Source: an uncultured Alphaproteobacteria bacterium (lineage in GTDB: Bacteria; Pseudomonadota; Alphaproteobacteria; Rhizobiales; Beijerinckiaceae). Taken from it: a DNA stretch of 64,000 bases. The stretch is from positions 169,417 to 233,416 of the forward strand of contig CAVQNJ010000025.1 in assembly GCA_963713845.1 (NCBI GenBank). The letters are read 5' to 3'. Shown in pieces: positions 61,350 through 64,000 of the stretch (positions within the stretch are counted from its first letter, which is position 1; each line of letters begins with the position of its first letter). Position numbers and translations under genes: made by a program. The notes below the pieces were generated by a model. It made no database searches. It was not told the origin of the DNA and saw only the letters and a list, made by a program, of their open reading frames with translations.

Positions 61350-62227
61350 TCAGGCCGCCACGCGGGCGAGCTGCTTGGGGAAGAACAGCGCCGTCTGCGC
61401 CTGGATCAGCGCGCGCAGTTCGCGTGCGCCCGGGCAATCCGGGATCGACGCGACAGCCGCCTTCGACCAGCCCCTCGAGATGGGCCTTTGCGCGCCGCCG
61501 ACGCCGAGTTCCGCCGCGGCGTTGGGCCGCAGCCGCCGGCGTCCTGCCCGATCGGCTTGCCGAGTTCTTCCTCGTCGCACAGCACGTCGCGCAGATCGTC
61601 GGCGACCTGATAGGCTTCGCCGAGCTTTTCGCCCAGCGCGCGCCAAGGCGCCGGGTCATGCCCGGCGGCGGCGGCGCCCGCCGCGCGTCGCGGCGACGAA
61701 CAGCGCGCCCGGTCTTGGCGCGCTGATAGTCGGAGAGCGGCACGGCGACCTCGCATTCCCAGGCCTGGCCGGCGACGATGCCATGCGGCGAGCCGACCGC
61801 TTCGGCGACGATGCGCGATCAGCGCCGCCATGCGCGACGGGATCGCGCCGCGCGACCGCGCCAAGCGTCGCGAAGGCGTGGACGATCAGCGCGTCGCCGG
61901 TCAGCACGGCGAGCGGCTCGCCGAATTCGAGCATGCACGGAGGGCTTGCCGCGGCGCAGGTCGGCGTCGTCGAAACAGGGGAGGTCGTCATGCACCAGCG
62001 AGGCGCAGTGCAGCAGCTCGATCGCGACCGCCGCCGCGTCGGCGGCGACAGGGTCGGGGTCGCCGCAGGCGTGGGCGACGGCAAGGCAGAGCTGCGGCCG
62101 GATGCGGTGCCCGGCGGGAAACACGGCATAGTGCAGGGCGGACGCAAGCAGGGGCGGCGCGCCGGGCGCCCGCGCCTGTGCGACCGCGCCTGTCCAGCGC
62201 CTCTTCGATTCGCGCCGCAGTCTGCAT
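61350..62227 (-). CDS. crtE: Geranylgeranyl diphosphate synthase (frameshifted)
   Basis: RIRPQLC, HCASLVHDDLPCFDDADLRRGKPS and GEAYQVADD motifs. Confidence 0.9.
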
Positions 62228-62237
62228 GGCTCGCCTC

Positions 62238-62281
62238 CGTCATTTTTGATAGACGTATATTACTGTCATTTCAGATTGACA
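62238..62281. promoter_or_regulatory. Tandem PpsR boxes in the crtE/crtD divergent promoter
   Basis: CGT-N12-ACG (62238-62255) and TGT-N12-ACA (62264-62281) with an 8-nt spacer. Confidence 0.85.
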
Positions 62282-62351
62282 TATTCGGCAGCGCGAGTCA
62301 ATTGTTTTCCTCCTGCGATTGCACCGCGCGAGCGCGCGAAGGCGAAGCACA

Positions 62352-63894
62352 ATGCGAAGCGCAGCGCGTCATCGTCATCGGCGCCGGCGTCGGCGGTCTG
62401 GTCGCCGCCCTGCTGCTCGCGGCGCGCGGGCTCAGACGTGACGGTGGTCGAGCGCGCCGATGCGCCGGGCGGCAAGATTCGCGAAGTCGAGGCGGGCGGC
62501 TTGCGCCTCGACGCCGGCCCGACGGTCTTCACGATGCGCTGGGTCTTCGAGGAGATCTTCGACGAGGCTGGCGCGACGCTTTCCGATCATGTGCGCCTGC
62601 ATCGCGCGCAAACGCTCGCGCGCCACGCCTGGAGCGACGGCGAGCGTCTCGATCTCTTCGCCGACTCCGAGCGCAGCGTCGACGCGATCGGCGCCTTTGC
62701 GGGCAGGGCGGAAGCCGAGGGGTTTCGTCGCTTCTGCGCGCGCGCGCGAGCGATCTACGAGACGCTTGCGCGATTCCTTCATTCTCGCGCAGCGGCCGAG
62801 CCCCGTCGGATCTCGTGCGCCACGCCGGCGTCGGCGGCCTGCCGAATCTCCTGCGCATCTCGCCCTTCGCGACGATGTGGGACGAGCTCGGCAAATATTT
62901 CCGCGATCCGCGCCTGCGCCAGCTCTTCGGGCGCTACGCGACCTATTGCGGCTCGTCGCCCTTCGCCGCGCCGGCGACGCTGATGCTCGTCGCGCATGTG
63001 GAACTGGACGGCGTGTGGCGGGTCGAGGGCGGCATGCACCGCCTCGCCCGCGCGCTGGCCGAACTCGCGCAGGCGCGCGGCGCGACGTTTCTCTACGGCG
63101 CGCGAGGTGCAGCGAATTCTTGTGCGACCGCGGGCGCGTCGCCGGCGTCGCGCTCGCCGACGGCGAAACGCTCGACGCCGACGCCGTCGTCATGAATGGC
63201 GATGTCGCGGCGCTGCGCGGCGGGCTGCTCGGCGCGAAGCGCAGGGCGCCGCCGGCGACGCCGCCACGCGCGCAGCCGTCGCTGTCGGCGATGACCTTGG
63301 CGATGCGCGCGCAGCGCGACAGGCTTGCCGCTCGTGCATCACAATGTGTTCTTCTCGCCGAGACTATCGCGCCGAATTCGACGACATTTTCACACGCGCC
63401 GGCCTGCCTGTCGCGCCGACGATCTATGTCTGCGCGCAGGATCGCGGCGATGACGACGCGTCCGCGCGGCGAAGAAAGACTGTTTGCGCTCGTCAACGCG
63501 CCCGCCGGGCGACGGGCAGGCGACATTTCGCCAGAGGAGCTGAGCCGATGCGAGGAGACGATCTTTCGAAGGCTCGCGGATTGCGGCCTGAACGCTCCGA
63601 CGCGACGGCGACGACGCGCACGACGCCGGCGGACTTCGCGCAGGCTGTTTCCGGCGACGGGCGGCGCGATCTACGGTCAGGCGTCGCACGGGTGGACGGC
63701 CTCCTTCACGCGTCCGGGCGCGCGGACGCGGCTGCCGGGCCTCTATCTCGCGGGGGGCAGCGTGCATCCGGGCCCGGGCGTGCCGATGGCGGCGATTTCG
63801 GGACGGCTCGCGGCGCATCGCCTGATGGCGGACCTGCCTTCGATGCGGCCGTTGCGTCCGGGCGGCTATCGCTGGTGGTATGTCGACGCGCTGA
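62352..63894 (+). CDS. crtD: 1-hydroxycarotenoid 3,4-desaturase (frameshifted)
   Basis: VIGAGVGGL, DAGPTVFTMRWVF, LFGRYATYCGSSP and GGSVHPGPGVPMAA motifs; divergent from crtE. Confidence 0.88.
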
Positions 63895-64000
63895 GCGACG
63901 ACGGCGCCTTCGGCCTCACCGTCATCGCCTTCATCGGCAGCGTGTTCTCGCCCTATTACGCCTGGTCGGGCTGGGCCGATCCCTATCGACATTGCGCGGT
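63825..64000 (+). CDS. crtC: Hydroxyneurosporene synthase (carotenoid 1,2-hydratase), partial; start uncertain
   Basis: GGYRWWYVDALSDDG..GLTVIAFIGSVFSPYY motif overlapping the crtD 3' end. Confidence 0.85.
   Translation, partial: MADLPSMRPLRPGGYRWWYVDALSDDGAFGLTVIAFIGSVFSPYYAWSGWADPYRHCA

Noticed and set aside
61375-63195. 606-aa plus-strand ORF spanning crtE antisense and crtD
   Set aside because: GC-rich shadow frame that runs through a divergent promoter; only fragments match CrtD

Overview
GC-rich alphaproteobacterial (Hyphomicrobiales-like) window. Positions ~15.7-64 kb hold an essentially complete anoxygenic photosynthesis gene cluster (PGC), still open at the right edge. It contains bchFNBHLM-lhaA-puhABC-orf-acsF-puhE-hemA (-), ppsR1-bchG-pucC-like-bchP-tspO (+), aerR, a ppsR2-bacteriophytochrome-heme oxygenase module (-), bchIDO, bchEJ (+), crtEF-bchCXYZ-(pufQ-like)-pufBALMC (-) and crtD-crtC (+). 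TGT-N12-ACA PpsR boxes lie in front of most operons. The left 15 kb is a membrane/transport region: RND adaptor, DUF900 hydrolase, DUF1269, two AI-2E transporters, a non-canonical mrpEFG(B)CDD antiporter-like cluster, HdeD, a GntP-like permease plus patatin, a candidate sRNA and acylphosphatase. Many genes are split by small indels, increasingly towards the 3' end. This looks more like long-read consensus error than true decay, so the coordinates of those genes are approximate. All calls come from motif recognition by eye; no database search was run.
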